A stretch of 64,000 nt of DNA from positions 672,001 through 736,000 of the forward strand of contig OZ252287.1 of NCBI GenBank assembly GCA_965250085.1, given 5' to 3'. The notes under the pieces were generated by a model. The model saw only the letters and a program-made list of their open reading frames with translations. It was not told the DNA's origin and did no database searches. Below, in pieces: positions 28,155 through 37,678 of this stretch; position 1 is the first letter of the stretch, and each line of letters starts with the position of its first letter. The DNA is from Candidatus Altimarinota bacterium. GTDB taxonomy: Bacteria; Patescibacteriota; Gracilibacteria; CAIRYL01. Made by a program: the position numbers and the translations under genes.

Positions 28155-29231
28155 ATGAAGAAACCAAAAGTCTGCACTCTCGGCAGTATGACCATTGATA
28201 TCTTTATCAAACCAAATGATACAACGGTGATAAAAATGTGCAGAGAGAAAACAAGTAATGAAGAGTACATCGCCTTCCCATACGGAGGAAAAATTCATGC
28301 TTCTGAGACTCATGAGCTCTTTGGTGGGGGTGCCAACAATACGTGTGTTGGACTTTCCCGACTTGGATTTAATGCGAGTCCAGTAGCGCAGATAGGTGAT
28401 GATATCTATGGAGAAAAATTGATTGAAAATTTAAAAAAAGAACTTGTCTCAATAGAAAATATGCAGATCGCAAAAAACTCAAAAGAACACACTGGTGTTT
28501 CTGTTATTTTGAGATCGTTCGAAGGCGAACGGACTGTCTTCTATTATCCAGGAACAAATAAAACCTTTTCTGACTTCAACGTAAAAATTCTAGATGATGT
28601 GGAAGGACTTTTTTTTAACCATATATCTGCGAGAGGAAATAATGCTGATGTTATTTTTCAAAGTATAAAGCGCCATTTTTTGAAATATCCGAAAAAGTTT
28701 CTTTTTTGGAATCCTGGAAAAGAACAAATTTCTCAGGGGGCTCTCTCCTTTATTGATTTTTTTCCTGTGGTAGATGTAATGCTCCTGAATAAAGAAGAAG
28801 CTGAGGCTTTTACTGGTCGCAAGGCTCGTAAAAGACGTTCAAAAAAATCTCAACAAGATTTTCCACATTCTGCAGCTGATTATAGTGAAATATTTCAGGT
28901 ATTTATGCGTCAGGGAGTTCAAAATGTTGTCATTACCGATGGCAGAAATGGATCGCAGATCTGTGATGGCAAAAATATTTATTTTTGTGGTATTGATGAA
29001 GTGTCTGAAAAAATTGATACCCTTGGAGCAGGAGACGGATTTGGCACCGGTCTTTTTTATGCGATTTTTCATAAGAAAAAATTGCATTCTTCGCTGAAAT
29101 ATGCGACAATAAACGCTGCTTCTGTTGTTTCCCAAGTAGGAAGTCAGACAGGACTTCTGACGGAAAAAGGACTTCTTTCTCGTTTAAAAAAAGCCTCGTT
29201 CTATCAGGCACAACAAAAATTCTCCTTATAA
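28155..29231 (+). CDS. PfkB-family carbohydrate kinase
   Basis: GGGANN..GLSRLG, IGDD.YG, WNPG, NKEEA and DTLGAGDGFG motifs. Confidence 0.92.
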   Translation: MKKPKVCTLGSMTIDIFIKPNDTTVIKMCREKTSNEEYIAFPYGGKIHASETHELFGGGANNTCVGLSRLGFNASPVAQIGDDIYGEKLIENLKKELVSIENMQIAKNSKEHTGVSVILRSFEGERTVFYYPGTNKTFSDFNVKILDDVEGLFFNHISARGNNADVIFQSIKRHFLKYPKKFLFWNPGKEQISQGALSFIDFFPVVDVMLLNKEEAEAFTGRKARKRRSKKSQQDFPHSAADYSEIFQVFMRQGVQNVVITDGRNGSQICDGKNIYFCGIDEVSEKIDTLGAGDGFGTGLFYAIFHKKKLHSSLKYATINAASVVSQVGSQTGLLTEKGLLSRLKKASFYQAQQKFSL

Positions 29232-29265
29232 AAACATATCTTTTTACTTTCTTATACAAATATAA

Positions 29266-29829
29266 ATGTCCTCCGAAATGTCTCAAATCGCCTTAGTGCG
29301 AGAAATGCTTGATTCCGCAGAAAAGTCTCTGCGTCATGCGCGAAAAATACTTGCGGAACTCACTGGTGAAACCCTTTCATCCGTAGAATTTTCAGAAAAA
29401 GACTTTAAAAAAATAATCGCTTCCAAATCCTCCAACGCTGAAGGACGAATAGTGGAAGGATTATTTGATGGACAAAATATGAAAGATGCAGAGGGAGGCA
29501 GCTATCCTGTTCCCGCAAATTATGCTTCTAAATCAAAGCTTGTGGTGGGCGATCATTTAAAACTCACTATTACCCCTGAAGGACGGTTTATCTACAAATC
29601 TATCAAACCAGTGGAACGAAAAACACTTATTGGCACCCTTACCTATGAAGATGGACGATACAAAGCCTTGGCGGAAGGAAAGGCATATAGTGTTCTTCTG
29701 GCTTCTGTCACCTTTCTTAGGGCCGAAGTCGGAGATGAAATTTCGCTCTTTGTTCCCAATGATCAAGAAAGCGAATGGGCTACGATAGATGCGGTGATTC
29801 CTAGTGGAACAGAAATAATTGCAACATAA
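29266..29829 (+). CDS. Conserved hypothetical protein (CPR-type; N-terminal coiled coil plus beta domains)
   Basis: IVEGLFDGQNM..YPVPANYASKSKLV.GD.LKLTI motif, recalled as recurrent in CPR genomes. Confidence 0.75.
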   Translation: MSSEMSQIALVREMLDSAEKSLRHARKILAELTGETLSSVEFSEKDFKKIIASKSSNAEGRIVEGLFDGQNMKDAEGGSYPVPANYASKSKLVVGDHLKLTITPEGRFIYKSIKPVERKTLIGTLTYEDGRYKALAEGKAYSVLLASVTFLRAEVGDEISLFVPNDQESEWATIDAVIPSGTEIIAT

Positions 29830-29890
29830 GAGGTCATGAAACCATGATCAATTGAGCAAAAGGAAGGATTCAGAAAATCAGCATTTTCTC

Positions 29891-29919
29891 TTGCTCAACA
29901 ACCCACTTTTCACTAGAAT
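29891..29919 (+). promoter_or_regulatory. Sigma70-like promoter for rplO-secY-adk
   Basis: TTGCTC-17 bp-TAGAAT. Confidence 0.55.
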
Positions 29920-29957
29920 ATGCGGGATTTTTTGCCAAAGCTTTTTTCTGGTCTGCT

Positions 29958-30452
29958 ATGAAATTACACGACCTCAAACCAAATCACAGGTCAAAGACAT
30001 CAAAGATTCGAAGAGGCCGTGGAAATGCTTCTGGGTATGGTACTTTTTCTGGTAGAGGTTGTAAAGGTCAGAACTCAAGAACAGGTGGAGGGGTTCGTCT
30101 TGGATTTGAAGGTGGTCAAACCTCTCTTTTGCAGCGCATTCCTAAGCGAAGAGGATTTACAAATCCGAACAGAAAAGAGTATATAGCGGTGAATCTCGAT
30201 ACTTTAGAAGCAATATTTTCAGATAAAGATACCGTATCTGTGGAGAGTTTGACTGAAAAAAACGTAATTCAAAATAAAGACATTTTGGTCAAAATCCTTT
30301 CACGAGGAGAGCTTTCAAAAAAAATAACTATAAAAAACCTTCCAGTATCTGCTGCTGCTGCTAAGAAAATTGAAAAAGCGGGAGGAAAGGTAGAGGGGAT
30401 GAAGACTGCTGAAAAACCTGGGACGAAAGATACAAAAAAGGCAGAGGGATAA
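29958..30452 (+). CDS. rplO: 50S ribosomal protein L15
   Basis: RRGRGNASG.GTFSGRG.KGQNSR and GFEGGQT motifs. Confidence 0.97.
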   Translation: MKLHDLKPNHRSKTSKIRRGRGNASGYGTFSGRGCKGQNSRTGGGVRLGFEGGQTSLLQRIPKRRGFTNPNRKEYIAVNLDTLEAIFSDKDTVSVESLTEKNVIQNKDILVKILSRGELSKKITIKNLPVSAAAAKKIEKAGGKVEGMKTAEKPGTKDTKKAEG

Positions 30453-30601
30453 AATTTCTAATTTCTAAATCCTCATTTCTAAACCCGTCCCGCTCAGCGG
30501 TGATAAATTCTAATCCTTGAGCCATAAACTCTATAAAAAGTTTTTAAAATTAAGATTTTAGATTTATTTCAAAAATTACAAAATTAAAAATTATAAAATT
30601 T
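30453..30601. repeat. Spacer made of opposed heptamer arrays
   Basis: AATTTCT repeats at the left, AAATTAN repeats at the right, and a small internal CCGCTCAGCGG hairpin. Confidence 0.55.
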
Positions 30602-30605
30602 CTAC

Positions 30606-31874
30606 ATGAACTATCTTCTTCAAATTTGGAATTCAAAAGATCTAAGGAAAAAAATACTTTTTACGGTATTTGTATTACTTTGTTACCGATTTATGGCACA
30701 TATTCCTGTGCCGCTTCAAAATATTAACTTCGATGCTCTCGCTGGCCTTCACGGAAGTGCACTCGGCGTTTTTTCTGCTCTTACAGGAGGATCTGTTGAA
30801 AGATTTTCACTTATCATGATGGGGCTTTCTCCTTACATCAATGCCTCCATTATCATACAACTCATGACGGTCGTATTTCCCTATTTAGAAAATCTCAAAA
30901 AAGAAGGAGAGCAAGGGCGAAGAAAAATAAACATGTATACTCGGTATCTCACAGTCCCACTCGCGCTTTTGCAAAGCTATGGGATGATATTTTTGATTTC
31001 AAATGCCGTGCAAGGATCAGTAGATCCCTACGATTGGTCCACTGTTCTTCCAGCAATGGTTATTGTAACCACGGGAACTCTTGCCGTTATGTGGCTCGGA
31101 GAAATTATTTCTGAAAAAGGGATTGGAAATGGTGTTTCACTTATTATTACTGCTGGTATTGTTTCTTCTATTCCCAGCGTATTCGGAAATATTGTAGCGG
31201 GAATAAATGCTGGAGATGAAACCAAGCTCCCTGCCTTCGCTTTCCTGTTGATCATCACATTTTTTATGCTTATTTCCGTCATTCTGGTCACAGAGGGACA
31301 TCGAAGAATCCCCATTACTTATGCCGCTCGAAGTGCTGCCCGTAGCATGTCTGCTCTTCCAATCCGTATTTTACAAGCAGGAATGATACCTATTATCTTT
31401 GCAATTTCCATGGTTTCCTTTCCAGGAATTCTTACACAGTTTTTAAACACTGGTGGACCTGTGGTAGATTTTTTAAACCGAAATTTTAATTCTGGAAACC
31501 CTACTGCTGTGTATCTTGCCGTATATTTCTTGTTTATTATTTTCTTCTCATACTTTTACGTCTCTATTACCTTCAATCCTGATAATATTGCGGAAGATAT
31601 TCAGAAGAGAGGTGGGTTTATTCCTGGCCATAGGCCTGGAAGAGAAACGAGTGCATATTTAGGGAAAGTTTCCAATAGGCTCAATCTTTGGGGTGGGATT
31701 TTTCTGGCATTCGTAGCTATAGTCCCCGTACTCTTTACTATATTTTCTGATCTTTCGAGCACAGATCTCATTCTGAGCGGATCAGGGCTCATTATTATTG
31801 TCGGAGTCTTGCTTGATTTAATCAGACGAATCAATGCAGAACTGGTAATGCATGATTATGAGAAACTCGTATAA
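30606..31874 (+). CDS. secY: Preprotein translocase subunit SecY
   Basis: SPYINASII.QL, WLGE.I...GIGNG.SL, AGMIPIIFA and GGFIPG.RPG motifs. Confidence 0.97.
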   Translation: MNYLLQIWNSKDLRKKILFTVFVLLCYRFMAHIPVPLQNINFDALAGLHGSALGVFSALTGGSVERFSLIMMGLSPYINASIIIQLMTVVFPYLENLKKEGEQGRRKINMYTRYLTVPLALLQSYGMIFLISNAVQGSVDPYDWSTVLPAMVIVTTGTLAVMWLGEIISEKGIGNGVSLIITAGIVSSIPSVFGNIVAGINAGDETKLPAFAFLLIITFFMLISVILVTEGHRRIPITYAARSAARSMSALPIRILQAGMIPIIFAISMVSFPGILTQFLNTGGPVVDFLNRNFNSGNPTAVYLAVYFLFIIFFSYFYVSITFNPDNIAEDIQKRGGFIPGHRPGRETSAYLGKVSNRLNLWGGIFLAFVAIVPVLFTIFSDLSSTDLILSGSGLIIIVGVLLDLIRRINAELVMHDYEKLV

Positions 31875-31886
31875 CTTGTTTTTTGC

Positions 31887-32444
31887 ATGAAAAATCTTAT
31901 TGTTTTTGGTATGCAAGGCGCTGGGAAAGGAACTCAGGCGCGGCTTATTGCTGAAAAATTTGGATATCGTATATTTGAAACTGGAGCGGAGCTCCGGAAT
32001 TTGATAAAGCAAGACTCAAAACTAGCCAAAAAGGTACGCGATATTATTCAGCGTGGTGATTTGGTTCCCAATGAAATCGTTATGGAAATGGTAGAAGATT
32101 TTGTACAAGAATCTCCAGAGGCATCTCCCTTGCTTTTTGATGGTCTCCCCAGAAGTATGGAACAAAAAGAAACTTTTGACGCTATACTCAAGAGATATAA
32201 TCTTTCTATATTCGGGGTCTTTATCGATATTACAAAAGAAGAAGCTATCAAAAGACTCCTTCTCAGGAAAAGGAGTGATGACACCAAAAAAGCAATAGCC
32301 CAAAGAATAAAAAATTATACTAAGGAAACTCTTCCGGTGATTGAAGCGTATGAAGAGGAAGGGGTGTTGATGAGAACAGATGGACTTCCTTCTGTTGAGG
32401 AAGTATTTGCAAGTATTTCAGGAATAGTAGAGGAAAATACTTAA
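31887..32444 (+). CDS. adk: Adenylate kinase (short LID)
   Basis: G.QGAGKGTQA, GDLVP, DGLPR and RSDDT motifs; directly follows secY. Confidence 0.93.
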   Translation: MKNLIVFGMQGAGKGTQARLIAEKFGYRIFETGAELRNLIKQDSKLAKKVRDIIQRGDLVPNEIVMEMVEDFVQESPEASPLLFDGLPRSMEQKETFDAILKRYNLSIFGVFIDITKEEAIKRLLLRKRSDDTKKAIAQRIKNYTKETLPVIEAYEEEGVLMRTDGLPSVEEVFASISGIVEENT

Positions 32445-34315
32445 AAATCTATTTCATATACTTTATTCTCATCTGCAATAACTAAGGTCGTCGGTGCATT
32501 TGCCCACATCGCCTGAAGCGTCCCCACATTCTCCAAAACAATCTGACTCTGATATGTCGCCTGGTTATTTCCTTTGAAGTACACGTACACGGTCGATTCT
32601 GAGGGATTGAGCAAGAGTATGTGCTCCAGTTCATCATCTGTATATATTTGTGTCACGTTTTCTAAAATTCCATCAGGGGTTCCGATAAGACTATATTCCT
32701 GGCTCACTCCCTTCAAAAACTTCATCAGTTCCCCTTCCGCAGTAAACACAAAAACTTCACCATCAATTGCAAAAGAGATGGCCGAGGAAATATCTATCTC
32801 TTCAGCAATATATGGAATTGCTGTCCCATAGTTTTCCTCTTTCCGCTCATATTTCCATATCTGATTCTCTTCTGGGCTCAAGAGATAAACATATTTTGAA
32901 TATGCAAATATATCTTCTCCTTTCTTCCAAATACTATCTTCTGTTTTGGCAAGAGAGAGTTCTTTTTGTTCAGCATCATATTCGAATATTTTTCCCTTAG
33001 CATCGGTAAAAATAAATTGTTTTTTATTGGTCAATGGAACCCCATTTATCAATTCAGATTCTGAAATGAGGGGAATGGTGTCTACAAATTCATCATTGAG
33101 AACAATTCGAAAAAGTGTGTTTTTATCAAAGGAGAACCATTCTCCTTCATATTCAAAGACCCCCACAAGTGATACGTCACTTTTTCGGGTTTTCAGGTTT
33201 GCCAATTCTTTTGGAGTAGAGATACGAGTTATGTCATTTATTTGATCTTTTACTTGAGACACTTCTTCTAAAAGCACCAAAGCTTCGCTTCGAAAAAAAC
33301 TTGATTGTAATATTTTTTCCAAGTCACGATCAATCCGTGACAAGTTTGCATTTGCTCGATCTTTCTCTCCTAGTATTTCCTGGTCCTTCACATTTTTAAG
33401 AGATGCTTGTATTTGACCCAGAAGTTGCTTGTACTCATCTCTCTCATCATTATTCGTACGATCTGCAAAAGATGTTACGAATGAAAGAATGAGAATAAGT
33501 CCCAGTATTCCCAGAAGTAATCCGAGAAATGGTTTATGATCCCCTGCTCGGAGTCGCCAAAAAAATTTTGTCATATTTTTTCTTGACTGATCCCAAGAAA
33601 AATTTTGCAAAAAACTTGTAGAAGAAGTAGTGGTAAAACCTTTTTTTCCTCTCTCTTTGTTTGTTTCAAGAGGGAGCGGAGTTTCTTTCCCTTCAAAAGA
33701 AGCAAGTACGAAGGATACGTTATCTCCAGCTCTTTCGAGGGTATCTGTTAAAGTATTCTTCCCTTCCTGTATGTTCATGTGAAGAATCTCTGTAAGCTCA
33801 GACTCTGTCATATGCCTGAGAATTCTTGATTCGGAAAAAAGGAGTGTGTCACCATGAGAAAGTTCGCCACTTGCAATGTTTATAAACACATCTGGTTGTA
33901 TTTTTTGAGGTGAAATATTCTCAGATATGATATTAAGTTTTCCTTTTCGTGCTAAATATACTTCAAAAGTTCCTACTGTGGAGATATGGAGCTCTCCTTC
34001 TGCAAAAAGTACAAGTACTATGGAGTGCGTTCTTATAAAATCTGGATGCACCACAATTTGATCTTCTGTAATTTGAGTATTTAAAATCTTGAGAGACTCC
34101 TCAAATCGATCATAAGGATTCTGCTCTTGGAGGATGTGAAAATATGCGTTTTTGAGAGTCTCCCAAATAGCTTCCGCAAAGCTTTGTTCTCCTTCCGGAC
34201 CAGAAAATATCATCCACATACGTGTCTGAAGATTTTGACTTTCTTCTTTCTTGATAATTTTGGTGTATTCAGATGGGCTTCCCAGATGTTCTGCCAGCAC
34301 AATATTTTCTCCCAT
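32441..34315 (-). CDS. Membrane protein: PP2C-like N-domain, single TM, coiled coil, beta-propeller
   Basis: VYLARKGKL..IASGEL..GDTLLF is PPM-like. TM segment LGLLLGILGLILILSF. Propeller-like repeats YVYLL..NQIWKY and AIDGEVFV. Confidence 0.75.
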   Translation of the reverse strand: MGENIVLAEHLGSPSEYTKIIKKEESQNLQTRMWMIFSGPEGEQSFAEAIWETLKNAYFHILQEQNPYDRFEESLKILNTQITEDQIVVHPDFIRTHSIVLVLFAEGELHISTVGTFEVYLARKGKLNIISENISPQKIQPDVFINIASGELSHGDTLLFSESRILRHMTESELTEILHMNIQEGKNTLTDTLERAGDNVSFVLASFEGKETPLPLETNKERGKKGFTTTSSTSFLQNFSWDQSRKNMTKFFWRLRAGDHKPFLGLLLGILGLILILSFVTSFADRTNNDERDEYKQLLGQIQASLKNVKDQEILGEKDRANANLSRIDRDLEKILQSSFFRSEALVLLEEVSQVKDQINDITRISTPKELANLKTRKSDVSLVGVFEYEGEWFSFDKNTLFRIVLNDEFVDTIPLISESELINGVPLTNKKQFIFTDAKGKIFEYDAEQKELSLAKTEDSIWKKGEDIFAYSKYVYLLSPEENQIWKYERKEENYGTAIPYIAEEIDISSAISFAIDGEVFVFTAEGELMKFLKGVSQEYSLIGTPDGILENVTQIYTDDELEHILLLNPSESTVYVYFKGNNQATYQSQIVLENVGTLQAMWANAPTTLVIADENKVYEIDF

Positions 34316-34473
34316 GTATAAAGTGGAAAAGTCAGGCTCAAGAATATCAAAAAACAGCAACAAGGCAAAAGAAAAATATAATTCTTTTTGACATAAATGT
34401 GTTGTGATTTACAAAATAGATCCATACTGCTTGAAGATTTCTGTATATTATATACGATTCTGATCTCTTCGTT

Positions 34474-36651
34474 TTGATTTGTAGCAACGTGCCAACAAGA
34501 GAACATCTACAAAAATTGGCTAGTCGAAAAAAGATTCCTCTAGAAAAAGGAATCTTGTCTCGAGCAGAAAAATTTGCTGCAAGCCATGTATCGTCATCTG
34601 CAATGAGGGAAGCGTTTTCTGTAGGAAGAATTCTTATTGAATTCTCTCCAGATCAAGACACTCTCATCGCAAGTATCCTCCTAAAGCTTGCTGAGATAAA
34701 GAATCCTCCTTTTGATGAAATTGAAAAAGAATTTGGAGAATCAGTAGCAGATCTTTTAAGGTCACTACAAAAACTCGTTCTGCTGGCTGAAGTTTCTCTT
34801 AAAAAATCAGGGTCAAGAACTACTACGTTGAGAAAAATGTTTTTGGCACTTGCGAGGGATACTCGTGTAGTATTTTTGAAGCTGGCAAATCGTTTATACT
34901 CTCTCGAACAAATTAAAGGAAAGCCGAGTATAAAACAAAAAATATACGCAAAAGAGGTTTTTGAGCTTTATGGTCCTATATCCTCAAGACTCGGAATTTA
35001 TCGACTCAAGAGAAGATTAGAAGATTTGGCGTTTCAAACTCTCCTTCCGAAAGAATATCACCGTATATCAAAAAAAATAGAGCACACCAAAAGTCTTCGT
35101 AAGGGAATGCTCAAAAAAGGAGAAAAAGTTCTCATGGAAATACTCCGTAGATCAAATATTACCGGAAAGGTTGAATCTCGTGTGAAGGACCCCTATAGCA
35201 TATACTTAAAACTCAAAAGAAAAGAAACCTCAGAGATTGAAGATTTAAACGATCTATTTGCATTTCGTATATTGGTTCCACAAGCAAATGATTGCTATGT
35301 CGTTCTTGGGAAGATTCATCAAAAATGGAATGTGCTTCCTGGTCGCTTTAAAGATTATATTACTGTCCCCAAACCAAATGGATACTCCTCTTTACATACC
35401 AGCATCCTGAGTGATTTTTATAAAAAAGCTCCTTATCCAATAGAAATTCAAATACGAACTTTTCAAATGCATGAAGATGCAGAATTCGGATCTGCTGTAC
35501 ATTGGCACTACAAAGAGCGAGGAAGCCACGAATCAGCAAATCAGAGCTGGTTTGCCAGTCTTGCAAAAACAAATAAGAAGCTCAATGAGTCGAAAAACTT
35601 TGAAATATTTGTGAAGGATTTTTTGGGTGATCGAATATTTGTACTTACTGAGAAAGGAGATATTAAAATCCTTCCTGAGAATTCCACGCCACTTGACTTT
35701 GCATATTCCGTACATTCAGATATTGGAGAACATTGTCAGAGCGCTATCGTAAATGGAAAGATTGTTCCTTTGAGGTATACGCTTCAAAACGGTGATATTG
35801 TAAAAATCGCAACTAATAGGAGGGTTGTTCCTCGGGAATCATGGCTCGCAGTGGCTACTGCAGCCTCAACACGACAAAAGATTAGAGCTTTTCTCAGGCA
35901 ACATGACAAAGAATTTTTTGTTCGAGAAGGAAAAAAAATGTTGAATGCAGCACTGAGTAATATGGGGGCAAAAGAACTTGATAAAAAACTTTCTTTTCTC
36001 AAGGGGTATGAAACAGAGAAATCTCGAAGTTTAAAGTCGCGAGAAAGCATTCTTCAGCGTATTGGCGTTGGAGATCTGAGTGCTCAAACTGTTTCTAAAA
36101 AACTCCTGAGTCAAAATCCTCCTGCTCAAAAAAAAATAGTGTCTTCTCATAAAAAAAAGAATCGAAAAAAAGAAGACGTTCTCGTTGCAGGAGAAAAAGG
36201 ATTTTATACAAAAAGAGCTCAGTGTTGCAGTCCTGCTCCAGGTGATCTGATTCTCGCTTTTATTACTAGAACTGGCACCTTTACGCTTCATAAGAGGCAT
36301 TGTGCAGTATTAAAAAAACTTGACCCACATAGATTCCTCGCGGCTCGCTGGACCAATGATCCTGTTCCTCTGCAAGTTCATCTTCGCATTAAAAAAGATC
36401 CCGATCACTTTGGTATTATTCAAGAAATATCTCGCGTATTTGCATCTCTGGGGGTAAATCTGGTGCAAATACATTATTCCGGCACTGCTGTGCCAGGAAT
36501 GACAAAAAAGAGAGAGATCTTTGTTGCTATTGAAGTTCTCAAGAAACAAGTGATACCACAAATCCTAAAAGATCTCAGAGACATCATGGGAATTGAAGAT
36601 ATTCAGGAAATATCTGAAAAGGAAATCCCCTATAGAAATATACAAGAGTGA
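34474..36651 (+). CDS. relA: Long RelA/SpoT homologue, (p)ppGpp synthetase with degenerate hydrolase; start may be GTG 34489
   Basis: DLFAFRI, RFKDYI..PKPNGYSSLHT, EIQIRT, TGS domain TPLDFAYSVH, AQCCSP and an ACT-like C-terminus. Confidence 0.93.
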   Translation: MICSNVPTREHLQKLASRKKIPLEKGILSRAEKFAASHVSSSAMREAFSVGRILIEFSPDQDTLIASILLKLAEIKNPPFDEIEKEFGESVADLLRSLQKLVLLAEVSLKKSGSRTTTLRKMFLALARDTRVVFLKLANRLYSLEQIKGKPSIKQKIYAKEVFELYGPISSRLGIYRLKRRLEDLAFQTLLPKEYHRISKKIEHTKSLRKGMLKKGEKVLMEILRRSNITGKVESRVKDPYSIYLKLKRKETSEIEDLNDLFAFRILVPQANDCYVVLGKIHQKWNVLPGRFKDYITVPKPNGYSSLHTSILSDFYKKAPYPIEIQIRTFQMHEDAEFGSAVHWHYKERGSHESANQSWFASLAKTNKKLNESKNFEIFVKDFLGDRIFVLTEKGDIKILPENSTPLDFAYSVHSDIGEHCQSAIVNGKIVPLRYTLQNGDIVKIATNRRVVPRESWLAVATAASTRQKIRAFLRQHDKEFFVREGKKMLNAALSNMGAKELDKKLSFLKGYETEKSRSLKSRESILQRIGVGDLSAQTVSKKLLSQNPPAQKKIVSSHKKKNRKKEDVLVAGEKGFYTKRAQCCSPAPGDLILAFITRTGTFTLHKRHCAVLKKLDPHRFLAARWTNDPVPLQVHLRIKKDPDHFGIIQEISRVFASLGVNLVQIHYSGTAVPGMTKKREIFVAIEVLKKQVIPQILKDLRDIMGIEDIQEISEKEIPYRNIQE

Positions 36652-36675
36652 GTCATAGGAAGTTCATCTTTACTC

Positions 36676-37137
36676 CTAGTATCTTGCCATATACGCAAAA
36701 GCTTTGTTGGCTTGGGCCATACGATGAACATCTTCTCTTTTTCGGAAAGCATCTCCCTCCATGTTAGCTGCTTGTGAAATTTCTTCTGCAAGTCTTTCTG
36801 ACATTGGTTTTCCTGATTTTTTGCGACATGCTCCAATAATCCATCGAATGGCTAATGTGAGCTGTCTTTTTGGAGGAACTTCACGAGGAACTTGATACAC
36901 AGATCCCCCCACTCTTTTTGCTCGCACTTCTATATTCGGCTTCACATTCCCTATCGCCACCTCAAATATTTCAATTGCATCTCTTTCATCTTGTTTTTTT
37001 TCAGAAATTTTTTTCAGTGTATTAGCAAATATTTTTCGAGATATGGATTTTTTTCCACCTCTCATGAGACAATTAATAAATTTTTCCTGGACATGACTTG
37101 AGTTCGTCGGCACGAACTCTACTCGCTTTTGTGGCAT
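36676..37137 (-). CDS. rpsG: 30S ribosomal protein S7
   Basis: RVGGSVYQVP and HRMAQANKAFA motifs. Confidence 0.97.
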   Translation of the reverse strand: MPQKRVEFVPTNSSHVQEKFINCLMRGGKKSISRKIFANTLKKISEKKQDERDAIEIFEVAIGNVKPNIEVRAKRVGGSVYQVPREVPPKRQLTLAIRWIIGACRKKSGKPMSERLAEEISQAANMEGDAFRKREDVHRMAQANKAFAYMARY

Positions 37138-37157
37138 ACAACAAAAATAAAAAAATA

Positions 37158-37574
37158 TTATTTAGGCTTTTTGGCTCCGTACTTTGATCTTCCTTGCTTC
37201 CGATTTTCAACACCTTGAGTATCAAGACTCCCTCGAACGACATGATATCTCACCCCTGGAAGATCTTTCACTCTCCCCCCTCGGATAGTCACAACAGAAT
37301 GTTCCTGTAGATTGTGTCCTTCTCCTGGAATGTACGCATTTACTTCCGATCCGTTCGTAAGACGAACACGAGCAATTTTTCTCAATGCAGAATTAGGCTT
37401 TTTGGGAGTCATAGTACGTACCTGAGTACACACTCCTCTTTTTTGAGGTGCTCCTCTACTGAGCTCTACGGCTTTTCCTTTGAGCGTATTTTGAGTGAAA
37501 AGCATTGCAGGAGATTTAGACTTTTTGGTCACTGTTTTTCGTTTTCGACGGATAAGTTGATTGATAGTAGGCAT
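37158..37574 (-). CDS. rpsL: 30S ribosomal protein S12
   Basis: [18 protein letters not shown] and [12 protein letters not shown] motifs. Confidence 0.98.
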   Translation of the reverse strand: MPTINQLIRRKRKTVTKKSKSPAMLFTQNTLKGKAVELSRGAPQKRGVCTQVRTMTPKKPNSALRKIARVRLTNGSEVNAYIPGEGHNLQEHSVVTIRGGRVKDLPGVRYHVVRGSLDTQGVENRKQGRSKYGAKKPK

Positions 37575-37598
37575 TAAGAAAGAAAATTATGGACCTGG

Positions 37599-37627
37599 AT
37601 TCTAGAGAGCTTTCTTGGAAAAATCAA
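37599..37627 (-). promoter_or_regulatory. Sigma70-like promoter for rpsL-rpsG
   Basis: TTGATT-17 bp-TAGAAT on the minus strand. Confidence 0.55.
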
Positions 37628-37678
37628 GGAATTTCAAGCAAGAGATGTTGCTGTGTACAATGTATAAATCATTACTCT

